This document shows, piece by piece, positions 43,729-53,872 of a stretch of 64,000 nt of DNA. The stretch lies in assembly GCF_016432865.1 (NCBI RefSeq), contig NC_067399.1, positions 495,070,001 through 495,134,000 on the forward strand, in the 5' to 3' direction. Source of the stretch: Antechinus flavipes (lineage: Eukaryota). The position numbers were made by a program, and so were the translations under genes. The notes beneath the pieces are model-generated. The model made no database searches and had not been told where the DNA came from. It saw only the letters and a list, made by a program, of their open reading frames with translations. Within the stretch, counting starts at the first letter, position 1. Every line of letters starts with the position of its first letter.

Positions 43729-45055
43729 CTGCAGAGAAAGAGAAAGATGAATTGGTGATAAAGATCTCAGGCTGGCCACCTCCATTTGCTTTGGAGATTA
43801 TCAGGTGTAGCCTGGAAAAAATGGATCTAAACTAGGAGTCTAGAGACCTGGATTCGTGTCTCAGTGTTTCCTTGGATGAATCATTTTACGGTTTTGGCCC
43901 CTATTTTTCCAGGTATAAAACTGGAACACCTTCCAATCTACCTCACTAGCTATGAGAAGATTATGTGAAAGCACTTTGAAAAGCAGGGCACCACACAGCC
44001 ATTCAAGGCTTTTCTCAACCAGGCATCTATCAGCTTTTTAATTTCATCTTACACAAAGGTATACTGGATTCACAGATTAGAACTGTGATAAATTTATCAC
44101 TTTCATTATATATATCATTACATATACATATATAATGATAATATGTATATATAAATTATCAATAAAATGATAAATTTATCATTGTTTCTCAACTTACCCT
44201 CTCATCTCTGGGCCTTTCCTTACTTGATATCTCACACCTGAAGTAGCTTCTCTTTGAAATCTTCCCCATTTAAAGATCACATAAAGCCTTCTTTGATTTC
44301 CCTAGCTGGAAATAATCTCTGCTTTTTGGGATCTCTCATGGTATTTTCGGCCTTTTGTGTACATTTATTATACATTATAATTTTCTGGGAATATATCATC
44401 TTCCTTCCCTATTCCCCCACCGCTATTGGCTCCCTGGAAGCCCGTGAATCTTGATCATTTTTCATTTTTTAATCATATTTAGTCCTATTCACTCAAGTTC
44501 TCTCTGATGTCTGATTATAGCATGAAGGTAACAGCTAAACCAAGCAGAGCAACAGCTGCTAACCTGCAAAAGATTCCATGGGTACTATATCTAGTAATTG
44601 TAATTCAAACTGCTCAGACCTATAGTATTGTTTTCCTAGTGGCCATAATATAAATTAAAGAATAAAAAGTATCTTAACTGTACTTATTTTTCTAGCCCTT
44701 TAATGTTTAGAAAGTGCCCAAATTACCTTGTATCACAGTGGATTGGGTTATAGCCATTTTACAGATGAGGAAACTGGGGCTTGGATAAATTTCGTGATCA
44801 TGATATTGCTGGTCCTGGTCTTTCTCTACAATATGCTGATTAGTGTGGTATTGTGACTTTGGTTAAGTCTCAGTTTCCTTAGCTATAAAAAGAGGAGCTT
44901 GGACTAGTGATCTCTAGGGTTCCCTTTTCAGTTCTATCTCCTATAATGCCTTTTTTACAAATGAGGAAAGGGAGAACTGGGGGGAAGATAGACTGATCTG
45001 ATTATTAGTGATTCCAACTCAGGCCTTCTGCAGCATTGGGCAATCCTATACCTAC

Positions 45056-45785
45056 ACCCATATTCCAGCTGGACCAGGCGAACACTCTTGGTGGACGCGA
45101 AGACATCAACCACAGCATAGAGGGGCTGGGTGGTGGGTAGCCCTCGGGCGCTGGGACCCATATCCTCCCCGTTAATGAGGATATGCATGTCGGCCGTGCC
45201 ATCTGGACGCGGGCAGAAGAGCACCCCGAGGCGGCTGCGCCGCGCAGTGGGTGGCAGTACGTTGAGCTCATACAGCTGGTCCAGCAGGTGGCTGTAGCGG
45301 CCCGGCCGACTTCGGCCCACCAGGCGGTCGCGGGGAATCCGCAGCTGTTCGATGTGCAAATAGGGCTCGTCCAGCAAGCCGGATGGACGGCCCGGCGGCT
45401 CTTCCTCCTGGCCCTCGGTGACCACGCGGTTGTGGTGGCGAGTGATGGCAAAGACCCAACTCCGGCCCAGACTGACCAGATCAGGGAGAGAGTATTCGGG
45501 CACCGGAGCCAGACTGCCGGGGTCCAAGGCAGTCAGGCCCAGGCGCAGGTGGCCGCACCAGCCCAGCTCCTTTTCCTCAATCTCCACTAGGAATACCTGG
45601 CCCGGTGCCAGCGGCTCGCGGCTGAAACACAAGCCGTTCGCGAAGCTCTCCACGCGGGTGGCCCGTGTCCCCGACGGGTCCACGCGGATGTTAACTCCGT
45701 GGACCTCATGGAAACGGGTCGGGGGCGGCTCTCTGTACGGAGCACCTCCGGGAAGGACCGGGACACTTTCTGGGGCCGCCGCCAT
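45056..45785 (-). CDS. NEURL2: Neuralized E3 ubiquitin ligase 2 (Ozz), exon 1 (NHR domain)
   Basis: MAAAPES..TRFHEVHGVNIRVDPSGTRATRVESFANG..KSVRLVQLEYG; donor t|gtaggt; spliced product 281 aa. Confidence 0.95.
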
Positions 45786-46416
45786 CTGCCCGTTGCAGTG
45801 GGATAGGCGAGCGCCAGGGGCTATTTTGGGCTCCGGGGCCGGGCCCGGATTTGGAGAGGGCCATATAGGCTCCCGAGGGTCTCCAGACTGAGGCGGGACT
45901 GGCCTGGGGTCCTAGCGCCGTCCGCTACTAGCCGACTCCGACCGTGGGCGGGCGCAGACGGGACGCGACCCTTCCCCACCCCACTACCCGGGGCCTGGGG
46001 AGGACAGACTCAGTAAGCTCGCCAGTGCCTGCAGGCGCGGAAGGGGTGCGAATTCCCGGGGGCGACCCAAACTCTTGCCGGGAAGTGGACTCCCCCTACT
46101 CGTGACTGCCGATATGATTAGTGATCAGGTGATCGGGATAGATCACGTGATCTGAGCACATCACGTAAATATGTTCATGTGACAGCCGTCCTCACCTGTA
46201 TCCCCGAGAGAGCTGCGGGACCAACCAGACGGACTCTGAGAGCAAGGTGAGCGGGGTTCGCTACCGCTGTCAAGTCGGAACCTCTCTCCTCGCAGCCCCG
46301 GCGCGGGGAAGTCGGGATGGGGTGGAGTGAAGTGGGGAGCCCGATCTCATTTCCTCAGTGTTGCCGGCATCTCCCGAGAGGAAGTGCCGTCCTGTAAACA
46401 CCTCGTCTCCCCGCAG
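45786..46416. promoter_or_regulatory. CpG-island bidirectional promoter of NEURL2 and CTSA with CLEAR/E-box cluster; includes CTSA non-coding exon 1 (donor aag|gtgagc at 46246/46247)
   Basis: GATCACGTGATC palindrome 46141-46152, TCACGT 46161-46166, TCATGTGAC 46175-46183, TCAGGTGA 46125-46132; GGAAGT ETS site at 46081. Confidence 0.82.
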
Positions 46417-46592
46417 ATGGGTCCGGCCGCGCTCCTGCTGCTGCTGCTGCCGCCTCTATTCGGGCCACCCCCAACCGAGGCAGCGCCCCAAATGGACGAG
46501 ATCTTGCGGCTTCCAGGGCTGATGAAACAGCCATCCTTTCACCAGTACTCCGGCTACTTGAACGTCGGAGGCGGCAAGCACTTGCATTACTG
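46417..46592 (+). CDS. CTSA: Cathepsin A (lysosomal protective protein), first coding exon with signal peptide
   Basis: ccgcag|ATG; [44 protein letters not shown]; donor tg|gtctgg. Confidence 0.93.
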
Positions 46593-46788
46593 GTCTGGCT
46601 CGGGGCTGGGCTGAGGAGGTTTCCCCGGGAGAGGGAGGCACGTTCTCCAGGGAAGTAGGCTAGGGGAAGGGGAAGGAGTAGGGGTACCGACTGACCTAGA
46701 TCCTAAGGGGGGGGGGGGGGAGAGGGGTGTCTGGGAGATGGGGTTGGAGGTGTGGATAGACATTCTCACTCAGGCTGTCCTCCCTTGA

Positions 46789-46971
<183 letters not shown>

Positions 46972-47100
46972 TAGCATCAGAAGTTAACTGGAGAGAACTG
47001 AATCTAAAAGAAAAGGACTCAGGAAAAAGGCCTTCTAACAAGACCTTTCCTGCCATTCTTTTGGCCAGGGAGATATCTAAGGCTGTCCTTTCTTCCTCAG

Positions 47101-47151
47101 ATCCAGCCAGATGGAAGTACCTTGGAATATAACCCTTATTCCTGGAATTTG
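47101..47151 (+). CDS. CTSA: CTSA exon 4
   Basis: IQPDGSTLEYNPYSWNL; 51 nt; AG/GT flanks. Confidence 0.95.
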
Positions 47152-47248
47152 GTAGGATTGGGGGTGATGAGGAGGGAAAGCAAAATATAAACCTTGGGAA
47201 TTTGAAGCCAAGAACTTCCTACATCTGTCTTCCCTATACAATCCCCAG

Positions 47249-47335
47249 AATGCCAATGTTCTGTACCTCGAATCCCCTGCTGGTGTGGGCTTCTCCTATT
47301 CTGATGATAAGAACTATGTGACCAACGACACTGAG
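47249..47335 (+). CDS. CTSA: CTSA exon 5
   Basis: [29 protein letters not shown]; 87 nt. Confidence 0.96.
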
Positions 47336-47445
47336 GTGAGCCTTGTTAGCTGTTCTTTGACCCTTCTCAGCCTTTCTCCACAAACTCAAACCCCCGTGTA
47401 TTCTACACAGAATTACTTATCAGCTGTTTTACTTTCCTTGCTCAG

Positions 47446-47968
<523 letters not shown>

Positions 47969-48720
47969 TGAGGGGGAAGGGTAGGGTTGCTGAGAATATG
48001 ATAAAGAAATGAGGGCTGTGGAGTAATAGATAAGTCATATGGGTGGGGAAGGATCTTACTTGGCTAAGATCCTGAAAGTATAGTATAGATAATTGATCTG
48101 GGTCTGGCCCTTGGCTCCAACCTCAATATGAGGCTGCAGAAGGTGGGGAGAGCAAGGTGTCATCACTTCAATACAATGTAAACTCTTTGAGGTCAGGGAC
48201 AGGGTTTGTTTCCTTCTTGCATCCCTGGCTCTGAACACAGGGCGGCCCTTCACATCAGATCCTAAGATTTAGAGCTGACAGGGAACTTAAAAGATCCTGT
48301 ATCTAGCACCTTGACTTTACAGAGGAGGAAATCAAATCTTTAAAAGGGAAGTGATTTTTGTAAAGTCACACATATTATGTAGCACACCCTATGATAGATG
48401 TCTACTGAATTGAATTGGGATGCTGTCAGTTGGAGTTTTAAAGCTGATAAAGGAAATGGTTGGAGAGTGGCAAAAGCTGTTGGGTTAAAATATTAAATGA
48501 TTAATGAATACTCAACATCTTGCCAGGAAATAGAAAAGATTAAAAATGTAGACGACAGAATTTTTTTGTAGCTACTTTTTCTCTGCCAAACTGCCATTGG
48601 TGTTCATCAGAACAGGACTTCCCTGGAATATGAATGTTGAGGGGGAATGATAGATATCCAGTGTCCAGATTCTGCTAAATGATGTCTGCCTTTTGGGTCA
48701 CCCACTTTAATCTTGTTCAG

Positions 48721-48805
48721 GTTATGGTCTGCCCTTCAGATTCACTGCTGCAACCACGGGAAGTGCAATTTCCATGACAACAAAGACCCAGATTGTACAA
48801 CTAAC
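48721..48805 (+). CDS. CTSA: CTSA exon 8
   Basis: [28 protein letters not shown]; 85 nt. Confidence 0.95.
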
Positions 48806-49083
48806 GTGAGCTTCCCTCTTTTCTTGTCTTCTCATTTGTCCAGTCCCTACAGTCCTCTTGGACTAAATCTTTTGGGCTACCATTGTATGGGTGGCACCAT
48901 TGTTCTGTCTACCAAACCTCCTTAGAAATTCTGTTGCTTCTTTCTGGTCTGTTGAGACCAGAAGTGTCCACATAAATATTTACCAACCCTTGCTTTGGTA
49001 TTAGAATGCCCATTCCCTCCCCACCATCAGTCCTTAACCCCCCCCCCCAAAAAAAAAAAAAACATACATATACTTTCTTGTAG

Positions 49084-49175
49084 CTGTTGGAGGTGTCACG
49101 TATCATAAGCAATTCAGGGCTCAACATCTATAATCTCTATGCTCCTTGTGCTGGTGGAGTTCCTGGCCAAATCGG
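49084..49175 (+). CDS. CTSA: CTSA exon 9
   Basis: [30 protein letters not shown]; 92 nt. Confidence 0.95.
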
Positions 49176-49274
49176 GTATGTGCTACCATGGGGAGGACCT
49201 GGGATCTCTACCTTCAGAGATTTGGTCCTACGCCACCCCCACCCCAGGACTCATGGTCACTCTCTTGCCCACAG

Positions 49275-49353
49275 GTATGACAAGGACACATTTGTAATAA
49301 AGAATATGGGAAATCTCTTCACTCGATTGCCAGTCAAGCAGATATGGAACCAG
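49275..49353 (+). CDS. CTSA: CTSA exon 10
   Basis: [26 protein letters not shown]; 79 nt; donor gtaagt. Confidence 0.94.
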
Positions 49354-49589
49354 GTAAGTTTGGCAGAACTCTAGCTTAAGACCCTTCCCCAAACTGTCTC
49401 AGACTCATCAGAATCATACAGGTGGTAGAGCCAGAATTGGAATGTATGTTTCTTTCTACTAAAGCAGAGATATCTGTTTATAGCCCATCTCTTCTCTGTC
49501 TCGCCTTGTGCCATCACTCCACTTATGTCCTTGCTGGCCATCTGGGGCGGGAAGGCCGAAGCAGTGTCAGGAGTGTTTTCTCTCACCAG

Positions 49590-49729
49590 GCACAGCTGAG
49601 AACTGGATTTAAAGTGCGGCTGGACCCCCCCTGTACCAACACCACAGCACCCTCCACCTACCTAAACAACCTCTATGTGCGAAAGGCTCTACATATACCT
49701 GAGTCTGTACCAAGCTGGGACATGTGCAA
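49590..49729 (+). CDS. CTSA: CTSA exon 11
   Basis: [46 protein letters not shown]; 140 nt. Confidence 0.95.
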
Positions 49730-49999
49730 GTGAGCACCCAGGACTGAGGGATAATTCATGTCACTAAAGTGGGGGGAGGCGGGGAGAGCAGAGTTGGTAA
49801 AAACAGGGAAGCCCTTGTTGAGTGTAAAAACTAAGGGACCCTAGAGGGTGTAGAGCAAAAGAAACTTTAGTGATAGCATCTAATCCATCTCTCTTATTGT
49901 ACTGATCGGGAAGCTACAGTATTAGTAATGGAGCTGAGACTAGACTAACATGGGCCTTAACTCTGCCTTTCTTGCTCTGGCCCCCTTTCTCTTTGCCAG

Positions 50000-50075
50000 C
50001 TTTGTGGTGAACATTAATTATCAGCGCCTCTATCAGACCATGAATGATCACTACCTCAAACTTCTCAGTGCCCAG
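50000..50075 (+). CDS. CTSA: CTSA exon 12
   Basis: FVVNINYQRLYQTMNDHYLKLLSAQ; 76 nt. Confidence 0.94.
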
Positions 50076-50205
50076 GTGAGTGGGGAGTGGAGATCTTGAG
50101 ATCTTTTATCCTGTTCCACTTTGTGTTAAGGGTGCCTTTTAAAGGGGGAAGCGGGGAAGGTAGCATTGGACCTGAGTTATAATTTGGTATTCTGTTTCCC
50201 TACAG

Positions 50206-50295
50206 AAATACCGGATCCTGGTCTACAACGGAGATGTAGACATGGCTTGTAACTTTATGGGAGATGAGTGGTTTGTGGATTCCTTGAACCAGAAG
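50206..50295 (+). CDS. CTSA: CTSA exon 13 (catalytic Asp region)
   Basis: [30 protein letters not shown]; 90 nt. Confidence 0.96.
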
Positions 50296-50479
50296 GTGGG
50301 GAAGCTGGGCAAGGAGGTAGAGTGGGGTGAGCAGTGTGGCCAGTGGGAGGCAAGCCATGGGACAGCCAAGCAGAAAACTGGATGACAGTTGCCTTGAGTT
50401 TGGTTCTTGGGTAGAGGACTTGCAGGGTGGACCCTTGTGCTTACTGACCACATCCTTCCTGGGCTGGGGCTGGAGGCAG

Positions 50480-50581
50480 GTGGAGGTACAGCGTCGGCCA
50501 TGGCTAGTGAATGACGGTAATGGGGAGCAAGTTGCTGGCTTTGTGAAGGAGTTCGCCAATATCGCCTTCCTCACTATCAAG
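50480..50581 (+). CDS. CTSA: CTSA exon 14
   Basis: [34 protein letters not shown]; 102 nt. Confidence 0.92.
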
Positions 50582-50879
50582 GTATGTACCTGAGGCTTTA
50601 GGGTGAAAAACACTGGGAGTGGGGTCAAGCTGGGTCGCGGTATGAGGGGGAGCATCAGTCTCTGGACAGGGCAAAGCCTGTCTGTGAGAATGGAGAGCCA
50701 GAGTGAGGGCAGGGTAGAGAGTTGGGTGGAGGTGGCAGTGTCTTCAGTTTGGTACCTGCTGTTTTGTTAGCTGTCTCTTTAAGCTGGGATACTAGCTCAG
50801 TCTTGTGATCAGTTTCCAGATCAAGTCTGGAAGGTTTGTAGAGTGAACTTTTACTATACCTCTATCCATTGTCCTCTAG

Positions 50880-50963
50880 GGAGCTGGTCACATGGTGCCC
50901 ACCGACAAGCCCCTGGCAGCTTTAACCATGTTCACAAGATTTTTGAACAAGGAGCCCTACTAA
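50880..50963 (+). CDS. CTSA: CTSA exon 15 (catalytic His, last exon)
   Basis: GAGHMVPTDKPLAALTMFTRFLNKEPY*; spliced CDS 1422 nt = 473 aa plus stop. Confidence 0.96.
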   Translation, partial: GAGHMVPTDKPLAALTMFTRFLNKEPY

Positions 50964-51355
50964 GTCCCTCTTGCCCTGCAGTGGAAGATGGAGAGCCAGC
51001 CAGCCAGCAGCCCCTAACTTCTGCCTAGGGATGAGGCCTGGTCCTACTTGGCCAGAATCGGGCCCAGGCCTGCAGGGGTAGGGATTCATATTGTACCCAA
51101 ATTTCTCATGTGGATTAATCAGGATTTTGAGTAGGGGGATTAATTTGAGCTATTTGAAGGGGTGAGTTGACACTGGTTTATTCTTTAGGGAAGACCTTTC
51201 TGGGGTATAGAATACTAGGGTGTCCCCTGAATGTCACCACTCATGCACTGTTCCCTACCCTATGTTGAGCTCAGGACTATGCACATGTCACCTATATGGG
51301 AACTGAAGTTGGGGGCGGGAGGGAGAGAAGGGCAGGGCTTCACTGTGATTGTGGG

Positions 51356-51361
51356 AATAAA
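51356..51361 (+). terminator. CTSA poly(A) signal
   Basis: First AATAAA seen after the stop, about 390 nt downstream. Confidence 0.7.
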
Positions 51362-51419
51362 AGTCCATAGCCCAGCTTCTGTCTCTGAGTCCTGACTGGG
51401 AAAAGGGGGTGGAGAGGGC

Positions 51420-51425
51420 TTTATT
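51420..51425 (-). terminator. PLTP poly(A) signal
   Basis: tttatt on + strand, about 95 nt past the PLTP stop. Confidence 0.7.
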
Positions 51426-51520
51426 GAAAGAGCAGGGATTGATTCCAGTACATTTTGAGAGAGAAAAAGGGGAGGTTGAACTTCCATGAACGAAAGAGTG
51501 GACACCTCCTGGAAACCTGT

Positions 51521-51649
51521 TCAGGAGGTAGGGGCAACAGATTGAGGTGGAGAGGAAGTGGGCCCATGGTCACCAGCTGGCCGGTTCTTTTCAATCACCT
51601 CACGAAGCCCCTTGCTAAAGTGGAGATCGGCCCCAATGGTCAGGAATCC
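51521..51649 (-). CDS. PLTP: Phospholipid transfer protein, exon 16 (last)
   Basis: aatag|GGATTC; GFLTIGADLHFSKGLREVIEKNRPAGDHGPTSSPPQSVAPTS*. Confidence 0.95.
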   Translation of the reverse strand, partial: GFLTIGADLHFSKGLREVIEKNRPAGDHGPTSSPPQSVAPTS

Positions 51650-51735
51650 CTATTGTTCACAAGAGGAGAGAGGACTTAAAAAGAAGCCACCAAAGTCCCC
51701 TCCTTCCCCAGCACATACGTATACCCTTCACTCAC

Positions 51736-51812
51736 TGCCTGGTTGGTCACCACCTCTTTGACAAAGTCGATGCCCTCAGGGAGCGGTATCTGCACTCCTC
51801 GCTTGGTTCGCT
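51736..51812 (-). CDS. PLTP: PLTP exon 15
   Basis: RTKRGVQIPLPEGIDFVKEVVTNQA; 77 nt. Confidence 0.95.
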
Positions 51813-52327
51813 CTGTAGCAAAGAAAAGCAAGAGAACAGATTCTTGCTTGGACCCAAAGGACTACCAGGCTCGTTATTAGAGGGAGGCCCAGACCTGCAC
51901 CACACTCTTTGGGAGTAGGGTGCTGGCGATGCTCAGGGAAGCGAGCCCTGCTTTTTTTTGGGGGGGTGCTGGGGATCCTTTCCAGCTCCTAAGAGTTTAA
52001 GGATGATGTAGAGGCTAGAGGGCAGGCTCTGCTCTTAGCTGGTCTCAGGAGTGAATAAGCCATTTCGGGGCTCTATGAATGTGAGGCACTTACCTTTTGG
52101 GGACTCCTGTGAAATGAGGAAGGTTTTCACTTAGTTCCTCCCTTACCAGTCTTCAGGAGAAGTGGAGACAATCACTGGATGCAGTAAAGGACACTCCTAT
52201 TCCGGGTGGGATGACTTGCGCGCCCTTCTAACTCTTCAGGCTCTGGCTCTGGGACTTGCCCAGCCCGGGAGTTTCCCCAGGGTGCCAGGCCCCCCATCCC
52301 AGCCTCCGCCCTGGGAGATTGGCTTAC

Positions 52328-52391
52328 CATTGAGCAGGGGCATGACTGCGATCTGGAGCAGCGTCTTCAGTGGGGCCTGCAAGGGAATCAG
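52328..52391 (-). CDS. PLTP: PLTP exon 14
   Basis: LIPLQAPLKTLLQIAVMPLLN; 64 nt. Confidence 0.95.
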
Positions 52392-52488
52392 CTGGGAGGG
52401 GAAGCAGAGGGGCACGTTAGGCAGGGGTTGTTGGGAAGCTTCTCGCCCCAGCCGCTTTCTCTGTCCCATCCAACTTCCCATTACTCAC

Positions 52489-52531
52489 TGCCAAGGACTC
52501 CAAGGCAGACTGGTTTGAATAGATGCGAAAC
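52489..52531 (-). CDS. PLTP: PLTP exon 13
   Basis: FRIYSNQSALESLA; 43 nt. Confidence 0.94.
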
Positions 52532-52613
52532 CTTTGGAAAAATGGAAGAAAGTCTTGGGGCCTGTGGGTGGGCCTGTGTTTCCTCCCAACCCCCAACCCC
52601 TCACCTCTGCTAC

Positions 52614-52681
52614 CTGCGTAAATCCATCTGCGCCTGAAGTACCTTCCCCCGAAGAGCCATTTTCGCACTGAGACGGGCATC
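52614..52681 (-). CDS. PLTP: PLTP exon 12
   Basis: DARLSAKMALRGKVLQAQMDLR; 68 nt. Confidence 0.95.
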
Positions 52682-52765
52682 CTAAAGGAAAGGAGGGGTG
52701 GTGACATTGGTGATCGGCCCTTCCCCCCTTAGCAGTTCTGCCCTCGCCCTCTCCCGGCACCGAAC

Positions 52766-52930
52766 CATGGTCATGCTGGAGAGTTGCACTTGGGGCAGGT
52801 CGGGGGGCGCCAGGGCAATGACGAGGCTGGCGGTGACGGAGATGGTGGTGCCCGAAGGCTTGATGGTGCATCGCGGGGGGGCCAGGACCTGCAGCTCCAG
52901 CTTCAGAGGCGCATCGATCACTGCTGGGCT
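52766..52930 (-). CDS. PLTP: PLTP exon 11
   Basis: SPAVIDAPLKLELQVLAPPRCTIKPSGTTISVTAS..VQLSSMTM; 165 nt. Confidence 0.96.
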
Positions 52931-53339
52931 CTTCGGAGAAAGAAGGGACAGAGTTAGGGCCCGCGCAAGGACGGTCCGTGAGGAAAAGAGGCACAGAGGT
53001 GGGGAGCCGGGTATCCCAAGTTCAAATTCTGCTTGTTACTGCTGCCTCTGAGATGAGACACAGGATATTCTGTCTGCATCTACAGGGACTTGGAGTAAGT
53101 GACCGCTACAGTCCCTCACAGCTGGAGTCCGTAGACTCTGATGGTCTCTGAATGGATTCTGGTTGTTGCCCCCGCCCAAGCCCCACAGAAATCACCACGG
53201 GCACCTCCGGAACCACGAGCAGGCCAGCACATGCTGCCCCCACATCACCGGGGTCCCAGATGATGCTGACTACAAAACATGATAGAAACCAGCCAGTAAG
53301 AAAGTCGCATCGACAAGATGCAGAACAGGACACTGGATC

Positions 53340-53715
53340 GTAAAGCTCCCCAAATCTCCCCCGGCTGGTGCCTGCGCAGTACCTTCTTTGCTGTCCTTGG
53401 ATGAACCTATGCTAGTTATAATATCATTACCATACACTACTACCCCCAAGTGGGGCTTTCTCTATGCATTCTGGGGAACCCTGTGAGAGTATAGGACTTC
53501 CCCATGTTAGCAAACTCACTCCCTAACCGCAAATTTTACATCTCTTGGGGTGCAATCAGCACTATTTCCTCCATAAAATCCTCCTTTTGCTTAGCTGGGC
53601 TGCTGACTGATTTGGGGAGCTTGATCCACTCACTGAGTGTATAAATCTTATTAAAATGCCTTTCCTTGGATTGAAAACTGAGCCTGAATTCTTTCAGAGG
53701 TTACACCACATCACA
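53340..53715 (+). mobile_element. Possible solo LTR in PLTP intron 10
   Basis: TATA-like ccataaaa, ATTAAA, terminal ..CACA; 5' end and TSD not resolved. Confidence 0.35.
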
Positions 53716-53872
53716 TAGCTGATAACCAACACGCTGAAAGAATGAAAAAGAACTCTGAATGGCAGCCATGGCAAGGGGGGGCAGCAATGGGAGGACCACC
53801 GATCAATAAAGGCTAGTTCAGTGTCTTATTTGCTATCCAACTGGGGCATGTCATCGCTATCAAAGCCTGTCT

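Noticed and set aside
45005-45891. Overlapping 135-157-aa ORFs on both strands of NEURL2 exon 1
   Set aside because: Alternative frames of a CpG-island coding exon; no independent evidence.
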